This document shows positions 18,257-27,012 of a DNA stretch of 32,000 bases, piece by piece. Made by a program: the position numbers and the translations under genes. The stretch lies in NCBI RefSeq assembly GCF_000175255.2, contig NC_017262.1, positions 210,001 through 242,000 on the forward strand, in the 5' to 3' direction. The notes under the pieces were generated by a model that was given only the letters and a program-made list of their open reading frames with translations, ran no database searches and was not told the DNA's origin. Origin of the DNA: Zymomonas mobilis subsp. mobilis ATCC 10988 (GTDB lineage: Bacteria; Pseudomonadota; Alphaproteobacteria; Sphingomonadales; Sphingomonadaceae). Position 1 is the stretch's first letter, and every line of letters starts with the position of its first letter.

Positions 18257-19683
18257 TGGCGCTAGAAATTCTGGTCGTTGATGACGAAATGGACATTCGT
18301 GAACTGGTAGCGGGGGTTCTTGATGATGAAGGCTATGCCACAAGAACGGCTGCGGACAGTGATGCGACTTTACAGGCTTTAGCAGAAAGACGGCCTTCGC
18401 TGGTTTTACTGGATGTCTGGTTAAAAGGTTCGAAACTGGACGGTCTCGAATTATTGGAAGAAATCAAACGGCGTGATCCGACTTTGCCGGTGCTGGTTAT
18501 TTCCGGCCATGGCAATATTGACACGGCTGTAACGGCTATCCGACAAGGTGCCGTTGATTTCATCGAGAAACCCTTTGAAGCCGAACGGTTACTATTGCTT
18601 GTCGAAAGAGCAACCGAAACCGAAAGATTGCGGCAGGAAAACGCTTCTTTAAAGGCCAAAATCGGCCATACTGAAGAATTAACCGGCAATTCCAGTGCGA
18701 TCAATCACGTGCGGGCTACGTTGAAACGGGTTGCAGGCACGGGCAGCCGCGTCCTTATAACAGGGCCTGCTGGGGTCGGGAAAGAGGTCGCCGCCCGATT
18801 GCTCCATATGTGGAGTCCTCGTGCCGCTGCACCCTTTATTGTCGTTTCGGCGGCATGGATGGAACCAGAACGGGTCGAAGAAGAATTATTCGGCGTAGAA
18901 GATAGTCAAGGTGTGGTTCGCCCCGGCTTATTGGAAAAAGCTCATGGGGGAACACTGTTTCTTGATGAAATCGCGGATATGCCCATTCCGACACAGGCCA
19001 AGATTTTACGAGTTCTGACTGATCAGAGCTTTATGCGGGTCGGTGGCGAAAGGATGGTCAAGGTCGATGTCCGTGTTGTCTCCGCTACGGCGCGGGACTT
19101 AGCACGCGAAATCGCTGAAGGCCGTTTCCGTGAAGATTTATATTATCGCCTAAATGTCGTTCCGGTGCATTTACCGGCTTTGGCCGATCGCCGCGAAGAT
19201 ATTCCAGTGCTGATCGACTATTTTGTGGCGCATTATGCAACAGAACGGCGTGTGGCTACCCCACAGGTATCAGAAGAAGCGCTGGCAGCCTTACAGGCCT
19301 ATGACTGGCCAGGTAACGTCAGACAGCTTCGTAATGTGGTTGAACGGACGATTATTCTGGCACCGGGCGATCGTTTAAGCCGGATTGATGTCGATATGCT
19401 GCCTTCCGAAGTGCTGGGCGATCAAAACAGCTTGACCGCAGACGGGCAATCCACCCGCTCGATTATCGGCACGCCATTAAGAGAAGCACGCGAAACCTTT
19501 GAACGGGAATATCTGCGGGTGCAAATTCGCCGTTTCTCAGGCAATATCTCTCGAACAGCTTCTTTTATTGGTATGGAGCGCTCGGCTCTACATCGTAAGT
19601 TAAAAAGCCTTGGTCTTGCCGAACCTCGTAACGCCAATGCCGCGACCAGCAACAATGATAATAATGATAATAACGAAGGATAA
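18256..19683 (+). CDS. ntrX: NtrC-family response regulator NtrX (REC - AAA+ - HTH)
   Basis: It has a receiver domain (LVLLDVWL, EKPF), Walker A (GPAGVGKE), Walker B (LFLDEI), EDLYYRLNV and a C-terminal HTH (ISRTASFIGMERSALHRKLK). Its start overlaps the ntrY stop (TAATG). No GAFTGA motif is present. Confidence 0.9.
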   Translation: MALEILVVDDEMDIRELVAGVLDDEGYATRTAADSDATLQALAERRPSLVLLDVWLKGSKLDGLELLEEIKRRDPTLPVLVISGHGNIDTAVTAIRQGAVDFIEKPFEAERLLLLVERATETERLRQENASLKAKIGHTEELTGNSSAINHVRATLKRVAGTGSRVLITGPAGVGKEVAARLLHMWSPRAAAPFIVVSAAWMEPERVEEELFGVEDSQGVVRPGLLEKAHGGTLFLDEIADMPIPTQAKILRVLTDQSFMRVGGERMVKVDVRVVSATARDLAREIAEGRFREDLYYRLNVVPVHLPALADRREDIPVLIDYFVAHYATERRVATPQVSEEALAALQAYDWPGNVRQLRNVVERTIILAPGDRLSRIDVDMLPSEVLGDQNSLTADGQSTRSIIGTPLREARETFEREYLRVQIRRFSGNISRTASFIGMERSALHRKLKSLGLAEPRNANAATSNNDNNDNNEG

Positions 19684-19714
19684 GTCCTGCATCCTCAATT
19701 GAGCTCATTATTTT

Positions 19715-19747
19715 AGCCTCCAGTTAAAATACTGGGGGCTTTTTTAT
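19715..19747 (+). terminator. Rho-independent terminator after ntrX
   Basis: The stem agcctccagt (19715-19724) / actgggggct (19731-19740) contains one G-U pair and has a 6-nt loop. It is followed by tttttatt. Confidence 0.65.
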
Positions 19748-20120
19748 TGTGGCCATCTTGGCAGATTTGTAACATCGAAGCTCGCTGCTATGCTGAATTT
19801 TATCAGCAAAGCTCCAATCCAAAGCGTTCAGCAGCCATCTTTCTAGTCTAGTGATAAAATCTTACTAGGATTTAACCCTCTTATCTCTGATAAAAGTGCC
19901 AGAATATTATAGCCTGCCATAAAGAATTTGGAAAAACGCTATTCCGACCAGGTAGGTGTGCTCTATTTTGCACGAAGACATTCTTGTTTTAGGAAATAGT
20001 AGTGGCGCTGCCACTAGAAGGGCAGGGTAAATTTTTTCAAAGAAATTTTGAAAAGCCAAGACGATCCCAGCCAGCTTCGGTAAAAGCAGATTATATATTA
20101 TAATTTTGGGGAAAGCCTAT

Positions 20121-20146
20121 AAGCCTCTGAAAAAAGAGGCTTTTTA
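20121..20146. terminator. hairpin terminator abutting the tRNA-Leu 3' end; canonical only on the plus strand
   Basis: The stem is aagcctct / agaggctt (8 bp) with the loop gaaaaa. On the plus strand it is followed by ttttta. On the minus strand, the tRNA direction, the trailing sequence is auaggcuuucccc, a poor U tract. Confidence 0.5.
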
Positions 20147-20152
20147 GAAAAT

Positions 20153-20239
20153 TGGTGCGGTCGAGAAGACTCGAACTTCCACGGCCTTTCGGCCACAACG
20201 ACCTCAACGTTGCGCGTCTACCAGTTCCGCCACGACCGC
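20153..20239 (-). tRNA. tRNA-Leu (anticodon GAG), class II with long variable arm, CCA encoded
   Basis: The reverse complement reads GCGGTCGTGGCGGAACTGGTAGACGCGCAACGTTGAGGTCGTTGTGGCCGAAAGGCCGTGGAAGTTCGAGTCTTCTCGACCGCACCA. The acceptor stem GCGGTCG/CGACCGC is 7 bp. The anticodon stem caacg/cgttg has the loop TTGAGGT. GTTCGAGTC is the T-loop. Confidence 0.9.
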
Positions 20240-20292
20240 ACTCTATGTAAGCCATTTCAGAGCATCTGCTCTTCCATGTTGGTAGGAGCACA

Positions 20293-20321
20293 CCTTTAGC
20301 AGGGCTTTTCAAAGCTTGCAA
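20293..20321 (-). promoter_or_regulatory. candidate sigma-70 promoter for tRNA-Leu(GAG)
   Basis: On the minus strand the sequence is TTGCAA, 17 nt, TAAAGG. An A-rich, UP-element-like tract lies upstream (complement of 20322-20370). It would give a leader of about 45 nt. It is supported only by motif resemblance. Confidence 0.3.
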
Positions 20322-20495
20322 CCATTTTACGCTATTTATCTCTATTTTTTGTGTTTTTTTATCTTTTTGCCCCTAATCGGATCGAAATCAGGCCTTATTT
20401 CCAAAGCTGACCCGCTTTTTTTGCTAGGCTATTGAAAACGCAAATAATTAGAATCACCTACTTGCGTTGATAGCTGAAGAGAGGATATTCTCTTT

Positions 20496-20837
20496 ATGAA
20501 TAAACGCTATGATAACCGCACAAACGGACAGAGCATGCAAGCTGATATCCCAACTTTGACCCGCGCCGATATTACCGACATGCTTTACCATGAAGTAGGT
20601 TTGTCGCGGGCAGATTCCGCCAAGATGATCGAACAAATGCTTGGTCACATTACAGATGCCCTGAAAAAAGGTGAAAATGTCAAAATATCTGGTTTTGGCA
20701 GCTTTATTCTCAGGGATAAAAATGAACGTGTTGGCCGTAATCCCAAAACAGGGATCGAGGTTCCTATCGCACCAAGGCGGGTTCTGACTTTCCGTGCCAG
20801 CCAGTTGATGCGCCAGCGGATTATCAAGGGAGCCTAA
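20496..20837 (+). CDS. ihfA: integration host factor alpha subunit
   Basis: It has the HU/IHF fold pattern: [12 protein letters not shown]..., [26 protein letters not shown] and RVLTFRAS. The start may instead be the ATG at 20535 ([13 protein letters not shown]), which gives a more typical length. Confidence 0.85.
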   Translation: MNKRYDNRTNGQSMQADIPTLTRADITDMLYHEVGLSRADSAKMIEQMLGHITDALKKGENVKISGFGSFILRDKNERVGRNPKTGIEVPIAPRRVLTFRASQLMRQRIIKGA

Positions 20838-20838
20838 C

Positions 20839-21315
20839 TTGTCTGATCGCGATGCCCGTCCTGTTAACGAGGATATCAGGCTAGAAAAGCCTGAAAGAAA
20901 AGCGCATCGTCGTCATACGGGTATTTCTCTCTCCCCCCGCCATAAAAGCCATAGTAAAAGTGATCAGGCTTTATTGACGATCAGCGAATTGGCACGCGAA
21001 TTAGGGGTTGGCTCTCATATATTACGCTATTGGGAAACGCATTTTCCTGATTTGCGACCTTTGCAGCGTGCGGGTAACCGTCGTTACTATCGCCCTGATG
21101 ATGTCGCTTTGGCACGCCGTATCAATCATCTTTTGAATAATGAAGGTTATACGGTTAAGGGCGCGGTTAAATATCTTTCTTCCGAAGGTCAGAAGGATAA
21201 TAAAAACGCTTCAGAGGCAGAAGAAAGTCTTATCAAGGCCGGAATATGCCAACAATGGCAAGAAGAACTGCGTTCAATCAGCAGCATGCTCTCTGATGCT
21301 CTAACGACGGAATAA
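20839..21315 (+). CDS. MerR-family transcriptional regulator with a basic N-terminal extension
   Basis: It has a MerR-type winged HTH (LTISELARELGVGSHILRYWETHF...GNRRYYRPDDV). A TTG start at 20839 lies one nt after the ihfA stop and is preceded by AAGGGAG. No ATG precedes the HTH. Confidence 0.75.
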   Translation: MSDRDARPVNEDIRLEKPERKAHRRHTGISLSPRHKSHSKSDQALLTISELARELGVGSHILRYWETHFPDLRPLQRAGNRRYYRPDDVALARRINHLLNNEGYTVKGAVKYLSSEGQKDNKNASEAEESLIKAGICQQWQEELRSISSMLSDALTTE

Positions 21316-21518
21316 TTTTTTCGGATAGTTGGCTTCTGATTGATCTATTTTAGCAAAAATAATAAGGGCGGCTTTCACGCCCAAGCCTATAGGGCATATT
21401 GTTTGTTCTTAGCTATTCAACGGCTCGATAGAATTGATGCCGTTTTTCTTAACCAAAATCAGCCACTCATATCCTTTAAAATCACAAAATCAGGATCAGT
21501 TGCAGAGTAACCGCGTTT

Positions 21519-21553
21519 CAAGCCTATCCTTTCACAAAGGAAAGGTAGGCTTG
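21519..21553 (-). terminator. strong hairpin 12 nt downstream of the GST gene stop (no U tract)
   Basis: caagcctatcctttc / ggaaaggtaggcttg form about 14 bp with one bulged base and a 5-6 nt loop. No T run follows on either strand, so it could be a terminator or an RNA-stability element. Confidence 0.35.
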
Positions 21554-21564
21554 CATCATGATAA

Positions 21565-22236
21565 TTAGAAATCTGGCTGGTCGTAATGATCTGGAGGCAA
21601 AATAACCTCCATTCTCTCTGCTAAAATAGGTTGGAAAGAAGGGCGGGACTTCATTGCCGCATACCATTCGCGACTATTTTCGTGACCGCGCCAATCAACG
21701 CCACCAAGATAATCGGAAACCGAAATTTGTGCCGCTGCCGCAAAATCCGCCAAACTTAAAACAGGCCCCGCCAACCAACGACGATGATCCAATAACCAAT
21801 CAATATAATCGAGATGGCTATTGGCGTTTTTCATGGCACCCCGCAAAATTGCGGCATCCGGTGCCTGACGATGAACCAACCTTTTCAGCATCCGCTCATT
21901 CATTAAAGGCGCGGTGACTTCAAAATAAAGTTTGTTATCAAAGAGAGAAACCAAACGCCTTATTTCAGCCCTATGCACGGCTGTTCCGCTGATAAGCGGC
22001 ATCCGATCGACTGTTTCTTCCAGAAATTCACAGATAACCTGTGAATCCACCAGAATAACAGGCGCAGAACTATCTACCATAACCGGCGTTTGACCGGCTG
22101 GATTCATATCGACGAATTCATCTCTTTTTAGCCATGGGGATTCACGGATCAACTCATAGCCGATCCCTTTTTCACCAAGGAGAAAACGCACCTTTCTGGA
22201 AAAAGGGCAAAGAGGAAACTGATAAAGCTGCCACAT
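21565..22236 (-). CDS. glutathione S-transferase family protein, Cys-type (CPFS) active site
   Basis: 223 aa. The N-terminal thioredoxin-like GST domain (LYQFPLCPFSRKVRFLLGEKGIGYEL...NPAGQTPVM) is followed by a helical C-terminal domain. Confidence 0.75.
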   Translation of the reverse strand: MWQLYQFPLCPFSRKVRFLLGEKGIGYELIRESPWLKRDEFVDMNPAGQTPVMVDSSAPVILVDSQVICEFLEETVDRMPLISGTAVHRAEIRRLVSLFDNKLYFEVTAPLMNERMLKRLVHRQAPDAAILRGAMKNANSHLDYIDWLLDHRRWLAGPVLSLADFAAAAQISVSDYLGGVDWRGHENSREWYAAMKSRPSFQPILAERMEVILPPDHYDQPDF

Positions 22237-22261
22237 TAGGGGAACTATAGATAAATACTTC

Positions 22262-22291
22262 AGGAAAGAAAAGCGGCCAATAAGGCCGCTT
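22262..22291 (-). terminator. Rho-independent terminator after gltB
   Basis: The stem aagcggcc (22271-22278) / ggccgctt (22284-22291) has the loop aataa. On the minus strand it is followed by uuuucuuucc. Confidence 0.6.
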
Positions 22292-22315
22292 TGTCTTTCA
22301 CTTTGGCTAGAATAA

Positions 22316-25300
22316 TTAGAAGGCGCCTTCTTGCTCTTTTAATTCAGGCTTTCCGGCCTTTCCTTTTTCCTTTTGATCCTCCGTATTTTTTTTGTCGTCC
22401 AACGGATATTCCAACCGCCCTAACATTTCTTTCGGGCAAATCTGCCAGAATTTCTGAGACCATAAATCCCATTCATCCAGTACCCGATGTGCCCAAGGAC
22501 TATCGGTTTTAACCGCATGATCGGCAATCATCGAACGAAGGACGGTTTCCCAATGGGAAGAAGCCAATCTCTGCCAAATGATGTTATCCGGATTGGCGTG
22601 GCGCTCGAAACTATTGTCTTCATCCAAAACAAAAGCCATGCCACCGGTCATACCGGCACCGAAATTAGGCCCTACAGAACCTAAAATAACGGCCAGACCA
22701 CCGGTCATATATTCGCAACCATTGGCGCCACATCCTTCGATAACGGTCTCTGCACCCGAATTGCGAACAGCAAATCTTTCACCCGCCCGCCCGGCGGCGA
22801 AAAGCTTACCGGCGGTTGCACCATAAAGAACGGTATTACCGATAATAGTATTGGTATGACCGTCTATCGGTGAAGAAACCGTCGGTCTAACAATAATGGT
22901 CGCCCCTGACAGGCCTTTGCCAACATAGTCATTGGCATCACCAAAGACTTCCAAAGTCAGACCTTTAACGCTGAATGCGCCCAAAGATTGACCAGCAGAG
23001 CCCCGTAAACGCACATGAACATGACCATCAGCCAAGCTATCCATGCCAAAATTACGGGTAATTTCAGCAGAGAAGCGCGTCCCGATAGCCCGCTGGGTAT
23101 TGCGGACAGAATAGGTGAGCTGGGTCTTTTCCCGACGCGTAAAGACGGCTTGAGCATCCTGCAACATCTGGGCATCAAGGCTATCTGGAACCGGATTTCT
23201 GAAACCATCAATCTGGAAGTAACGCGCTTCGGTATTGGCATCCACCTTGGCAAGAACTGGATTAAGGTCAAGGTCGTCCAAATGGTCAGCACCACGATTG
23301 ACCTGACTAAGAAGATCGGTCTGACCGATAATCTCTTTCAGGGAACGCACACCCAGCTTGGCCAAAATTTCGCGGACTTCTTCGGCGATGAAGGTCATCA
23401 AATTGATAACCCGTTCCGGCGTTCCTATAAATTTCTGCCGCATGGCTTTATCCTGCGTGCAGATACCAACAGGGCATTTATTGGAATGGCATTGCCGCAC
23501 CATCAAACAACCCATTGCAATCAAGGACAAAGTGCCAATACCGAATTCTTCGGCGCCCAGAATAGCGGCGATCACAATATCGCGTCCGGTTTTCAAACCA
23601 CCATCGGTTCTTAACTTCACGCGATGTCGTAAACCATTCAAGGTCAGAACCTGATTGGCTTCCGACAGCCCCATTTCCCATGGCGTTCCGGCATATTTAA
23701 TCGAGGTGAGGGGGGATGCACCCGTACCACCGACATTACCGGAAATCATGATAGAATCGGCATGGGCTTTGGCAACACCTGCCGCAATCGTTCCAATACC
23801 TGCTGAAGACACCAATTTCACACCGACACGAGCGTTAGGATTGATCTGCTTTAAGTCATAGATCAACTGCGCAAGGTCTTCGATAGAATAGATATCATGA
23901 TGGGGTGGCGGTGAAATCAGGGTTACACCTGGGGTCGAGTGCCGCAATTTGGCGATCATATCCGTAACTTTAAAGCCCGGAAGCTGGCCACCTTCACCCG
24001 GTTTTGCCCCTTGAGCAACCTTGATTTCGATTTCCTCACAGGCGCCAAGATAGGCCGCCGTCACCCCGAAACGTCCAGATGCCACCTGCTTGATCGGCGA
24101 ATTGGCATTGTCGCCATTTTCATAAGGATGAAAACGTTCTGGTGCCTCACCACCTTCACCGGAAACCGATTTGGCACCAATGCGGTTCATCGCGATTGCC
24201 AGCGTTTCATGTGCTTCTGGTGACAATGCCCCCAAAGACATCCCAGGCGTAATAAAACGACGACGAATTTCAGTGATCGGCTCGACTTCTTCAATCGGAA
24301 TCGGCTGTTTTGACCAGTTAAACCCAAGTAAATCACGCAAATAAACCGGCGGTAACTGATGCACTTCCTTCGAAAATTCGAGATAGGTCGTATAGCTATC
24401 GCTGGATACTGCCTTTTGTAATTTGCGCATCAATTCTGCGGTATAGGCATGGCTGTCGCCGCTAGCACGCTGGCGATAAAAACCGCCTACATCCAAAGCT
24501 TTTTTGTTGGCCGCAAAAGCATTCTGATGCCGTAATAGCGCGGAACGCTGCAAAGAGGCGTAACCTTCACCGGAAATCTTGGCGGTCATACCAGGGAATA
24601 AATCATTGACCAATGCACGAGATAAACCGACGGCTTCAAAATTATAGGCGCCGCGATAGCTTGAAACAACGGCAATACCCATCTTCGCCATGATCTTCAG
24701 CAAACCATTGCAGATAGCATGGTGGTGATTATCAAGGCATTGCTCAAGCGTCATCGTGCCAAACAGCCCTTGGCTGTGACGATAGGCAATCGCAGATTCT
24801 GCAAGATAGGCGTTGACCGTCGTTGCTCCGACACCGATCAAAACGGCGACATAATGCGGATCAATACATTCGGAAGCCCGAACATTGATCGACGCATAAG
24901 AACGCAAGCCTTTCCGTATCAAATGCGTATGCACGGCGGCGGTAGCCAAGATCATGGCGACAGCAACACGGTCAGAACCGATATGCTCGTCGGTCAGGAA
25001 TAACTCGCTATGCCCCGAACGGACGGCATTTTCAGCCTGCGTCCGTAAATTGCTGATAGCATGGCGCAGCGCATCGGCGCCATCATCCGGCGAGAAGGTG
25101 CAATCGATTTCAACCGCCTGTTCACCGAAATGGTCTTTTAACTGGCACCATTCCGAAGTTTTTAAATAAGGCGTATCGAGCGTTAAAATCTGCTTCTGTT
25201 TATTCTCGCTATCGAGAATATTCCCAAGATTACCAAAGCGCGTCGTCAGAGCCATAACCTGCGTTTCGCGCAAGGAATCGATTGGCGGATTGGTTACCTG

Positions 25301-26911
25301 ACTAAAATTCTGGCGGAAAAACTGGCTGGTCAGGCGCGGTTTTTCGGTCAAGACAGCAAGGGGCGTATCATCCCCCATGGAGCCCATGGCCTCTTTTCCA
25401 GTTTCAGCCTGTGGAGACAGGACAAGATCCATATCCTCCAAGGTTAAACCCGCAGAAACCTGCCGTTTAATCAGCTCATCGCGATCATAAGGAATAACCG
25501 GATCATAGCTTTTCAGATCAAGGTCACTCAGTTTCTTGAAATCTTTAATCCATTCGCCATAAGGCCGTTCACTAGCGATCAGGTCTTTTAACGGACGATC
25601 TTCATAAAAACGCCCCTCATCCAAATTGACCGCAATCATTTGACCCGGGCCTAACTGCCCTTTGGCAATGACATTGTTTTCCGGCACAACGACCATGCCG
25701 GATTCAGAACCAACGATCAGAAGGTTGTCTTTGGTACGCACCGTACGAAGGGGACGAAGCGCATTACGGTCAACACCGGCAACCGCCCATGAGCCGTCAG
25801 TAATCGCGAGAGCAGCGGGGCCATCCCAAGGCTCCATCACCGAAGCCAGATAGCTATACATATCCCGATGGGTTTTAGGCATATCAGGGTTATGCTGCCA
25901 TGCTTCGGGGATCAGCATCAATTTGGCAGCAGGCGCATGCCGCCCCGCGCGACAAATCGTTTCAAATACCGCATCCAAGGCCGCCGTATCCGAAGCGCCC
26001 GCCGGAATAAGGGGCTTAATATCTTCGGAATGCTCGCCAAAGGCGAGGCTAGCCATTTTGATTTCATGGCTCTTCATCCAGTTACGGTTACCGCGAATGG
26101 TATTGATTTCACCATTATGCGCTAACATCCGGAAAGGTTGAGCCAACCACCATTGCGGGAAGGTATTGGTTGAATAACGCTGATGGAAAACAGCGACACG
26201 ACTGACAAAGCGTTCATCCTGAAGATCAGGATAAAAGATTGACAGAGCTTCCGCCAAAAACAGCCCTTTATAGACAATCGAGCGACAAGACAGCGAGCAG
26301 ATATAAAAATCGTTGATTTGAGCCGCAATCACCTTCTTCTCGATCCGGCGGCGGATCAGATAGAGATTCTTTTCAAATTCAGCTGCGCTCATTTCATCAG
26401 GATGAGGGCCTGCGATCATGATCTGTTCGATTTCGGGGCGCGTCCGCATCGCCTTTTCACCGATAACCGATATATCGACCGGAACCTGCCGCCATCCATA
26501 GATCCGATAACCGAAATCAATGATTTCAGATTCAACAATCGTGCGGCAAGTCTCTTGAGCCGAAAGGTCGGTTCTCGGCAAAAAGACCATACCGACTGCC
26601 AAACGGTTCGGAAGCGGAGCATGGCCGGCATGGGCAATGGCATCATCGAAAAAGCTGGCCGGTAAATCGACATGGATACCGGCACCATCGCCGGTCTTCC
26701 CATCAGCATCGACAGCCCCACGATGCCAGACAGCCTTCAAAGCATCAATCGCCGCCGTGACCACCCGACGAGAAGCCTTGCCATCGGTGGCAGCAACCAA
26801 GCCGACACCACACGCATCGGTTTCAAATTCGGGGCGATACATGCCTTCTTTGGCGAGGCGTTCGCGCTCGGCAAAGACATCAAAAGAATCGGCAGAAGAT
26901 TTTATGCTCAT
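22316..26911 (-). CDS. gltB: glutamate synthase large (alpha) subunit
   Basis: 1531-aa ORF. A propeptide precedes the Ntn catalytic Cys (ETDACGVGLVA). The central, FMN-binding and C-terminal beta-helix domains have typical GltB blocks (HQRYSTNTFP, GEGGE, GGTGASP, YVGKGLSGA). Confidence 0.95.
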   Translation of the reverse strand: MSIKSSADSFDVFAERERLAKEGMYRPEFETDACGVGLVAATDGKASRRVVTAAIDALKAVWHRGAVDADGKTGDGAGIHVDLPASFFDDAIAHAGHAPLPNRLAVGMVFLPRTDLSAQETCRTIVESEIIDFGYRIYGWRQVPVDISVIGEKAMRTRPEIEQIMIAGPHPDEMSAAEFEKNLYLIRRRIEKKVIAAQINDFYICSLSCRSIVYKGLFLAEALSIFYPDLQDERFVSRVAVFHQRYSTNTFPQWWLAQPFRMLAHNGEINTIRGNRNWMKSHEIKMASLAFGEHSEDIKPLIPAGASDTAALDAVFETICRAGRHAPAAKLMLIPEAWQHNPDMPKTHRDMYSYLASVMEPWDGPAALAITDGSWAVAGVDRNALRPLRTVRTKDNLLIVGSESGMVVVPENNVIAKGQLGPGQMIAVNLDEGRFYEDRPLKDLIASERPYGEWIKDFKKLSDLDLKSYDPVIPYDRDELIKRQVSAGLTLEDMDLVLSPQAETGKEAMGSMGDDTPLAVLTEKPRLTSQFFRQNFSQVTNPPIDSLRETQVMALTTRFGNLGNILDSENKQKQILTLDTPYLKTSEWCQLKDHFGEQAVEIDCTFSPDDGADALRHAISNLRTQAENAVRSGHSELFLTDEHIGSDRVAVAMILATAAVHTHLIRKGLRSYASINVRASECIDPHYVAVLIGVGATTVNAYLAESAIAYRHSQGLFGTMTLEQCLDNHHHAICNGLLKIMAKMGIAVVSSYRGAYNFEAVGLSRALVNDLFPGMTAKISGEGYASLQRSALLRHQNAFAANKKALDVGGFYRQRASGDSHAYTAELMRKLQKAVSSDSYTTYLEFSKEVHQLPPVYLRDLLGFNWSKQPIPIEEVEPITEIRRRFITPGMSLGALSPEAHETLAIAMNRIGAKSVSGEGGEAPERFHPYENGDNANSPIKQVASGRFGVTAAYLGACEEIEIKVAQGAKPGEGGQLPGFKVTDMIAKLRHSTPGVTLISPPPHHDIYSIEDLAQLIYDLKQINPNARVGVKLVSSAGIGTIAAGVAKAHADSIMISGNVGGTGASPLTSIKYAGTPWEMGLSEANQVLTLNGLRHRVKLRTDGGLKTGRDIVIAAILGAEEFGIGTLSLIAMGCLMVRQCHSNKCPVGICTQDKAMRQKFIGTPERVINLMTFIAEEVREILAKLGVRSLKEIIGQTDLLSQVNRGADHLDDLDLNPVLAKVDANTEARYFQIDGFRNPVPDSLDAQMLQDAQAVFTRREKTQLTYSVRNTQRAIGTRFSAEITRNFGMDSLADGHVHVRLRGSAGQSLGAFSVKGLTLEVFGDANDYVGKGLSGATIIVRPTVSSPIDGHTNTIIGNTVLYGATAGKLFAAGRAGERFAVRNSGAETVIEGCGANGCEYMTGGLAVILGSVGPNFGAGMTGGMAFVLDEDNSFERHANPDNIIWQRLASSHWETVLRSMIADHAVKTDSPWAHRVLDEWDLWSQKFWQICPKEMLGRLEYPLDDKKNTEDQKEKGKAGKPELKEQEGAF

Positions 26912-27012
26912 GGCTTACTTTTCCCAAGCGACTTAACCTGCCGCTTATTAAAGTTCATTTATATCTCAAGGCTTGGTTGCGGCGCTTCAAAAGATTAAAA
27001 ACGCCCCCAAGA

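Noticed and set aside
19654-19671. Tandem 9-nt repeat AATGATAAT x2 at the 3' end of ntrX (encoding NDNNDN)
   Set aside because: It has only two copies and encodes a short low-complexity tail. It is too small to call a functional repeat or contingency locus.
19759-19774. Sigma-54-like motif TGGCAG-N5-TAACA downstream of ntrX
   Set aside because: The -24 GG is present, but the -12 element lacks the critical GC (TAAC instead of TTGC). A similar near-match upstream of ntrY (TTGTAG-N5-TTGCA) lacks the -24 GG.
19955-20295. 10-bp inverted repeat AGGTGTGCTC / GAGCACACCT flanking tRNA-Leu(GAG), possibly island or att-like ends
   Set aside because: Roughly a dozen 10-bp inverted pairs within 400 bp are expected by chance in 32 kb. 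No integrase, no direct repeat of the tRNA 3' end and no foreign-looking DNA lies between them.
20091-20321. 76-aa minus-strand ORF
   Set aside because: It runs straight through the tRNA-Leu(GAG) gene. The tRNA cloverleaf explains the sequence.
20437-20468. Inverted repeat aacgcaa / ttgcgtt, and an IHF-site-like AATCAGGCCTTA, upstream of ihfA
   Set aside because: The 7-bp arms with an 18-nt spacer are within chance expectation. The IHF-like string fails the WATCAR-N4-TTR spacing.
23015-23614. 199-aa plus-strand ORF, and many other 60-115-aa ORFs, antisense to gltB
   Set aside because: They lie entirely within a strongly supported 1531-aa gene on the other strand and carry no recognisable motifs. 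Long antisense frames are expected opposite long, codon-biased genes.
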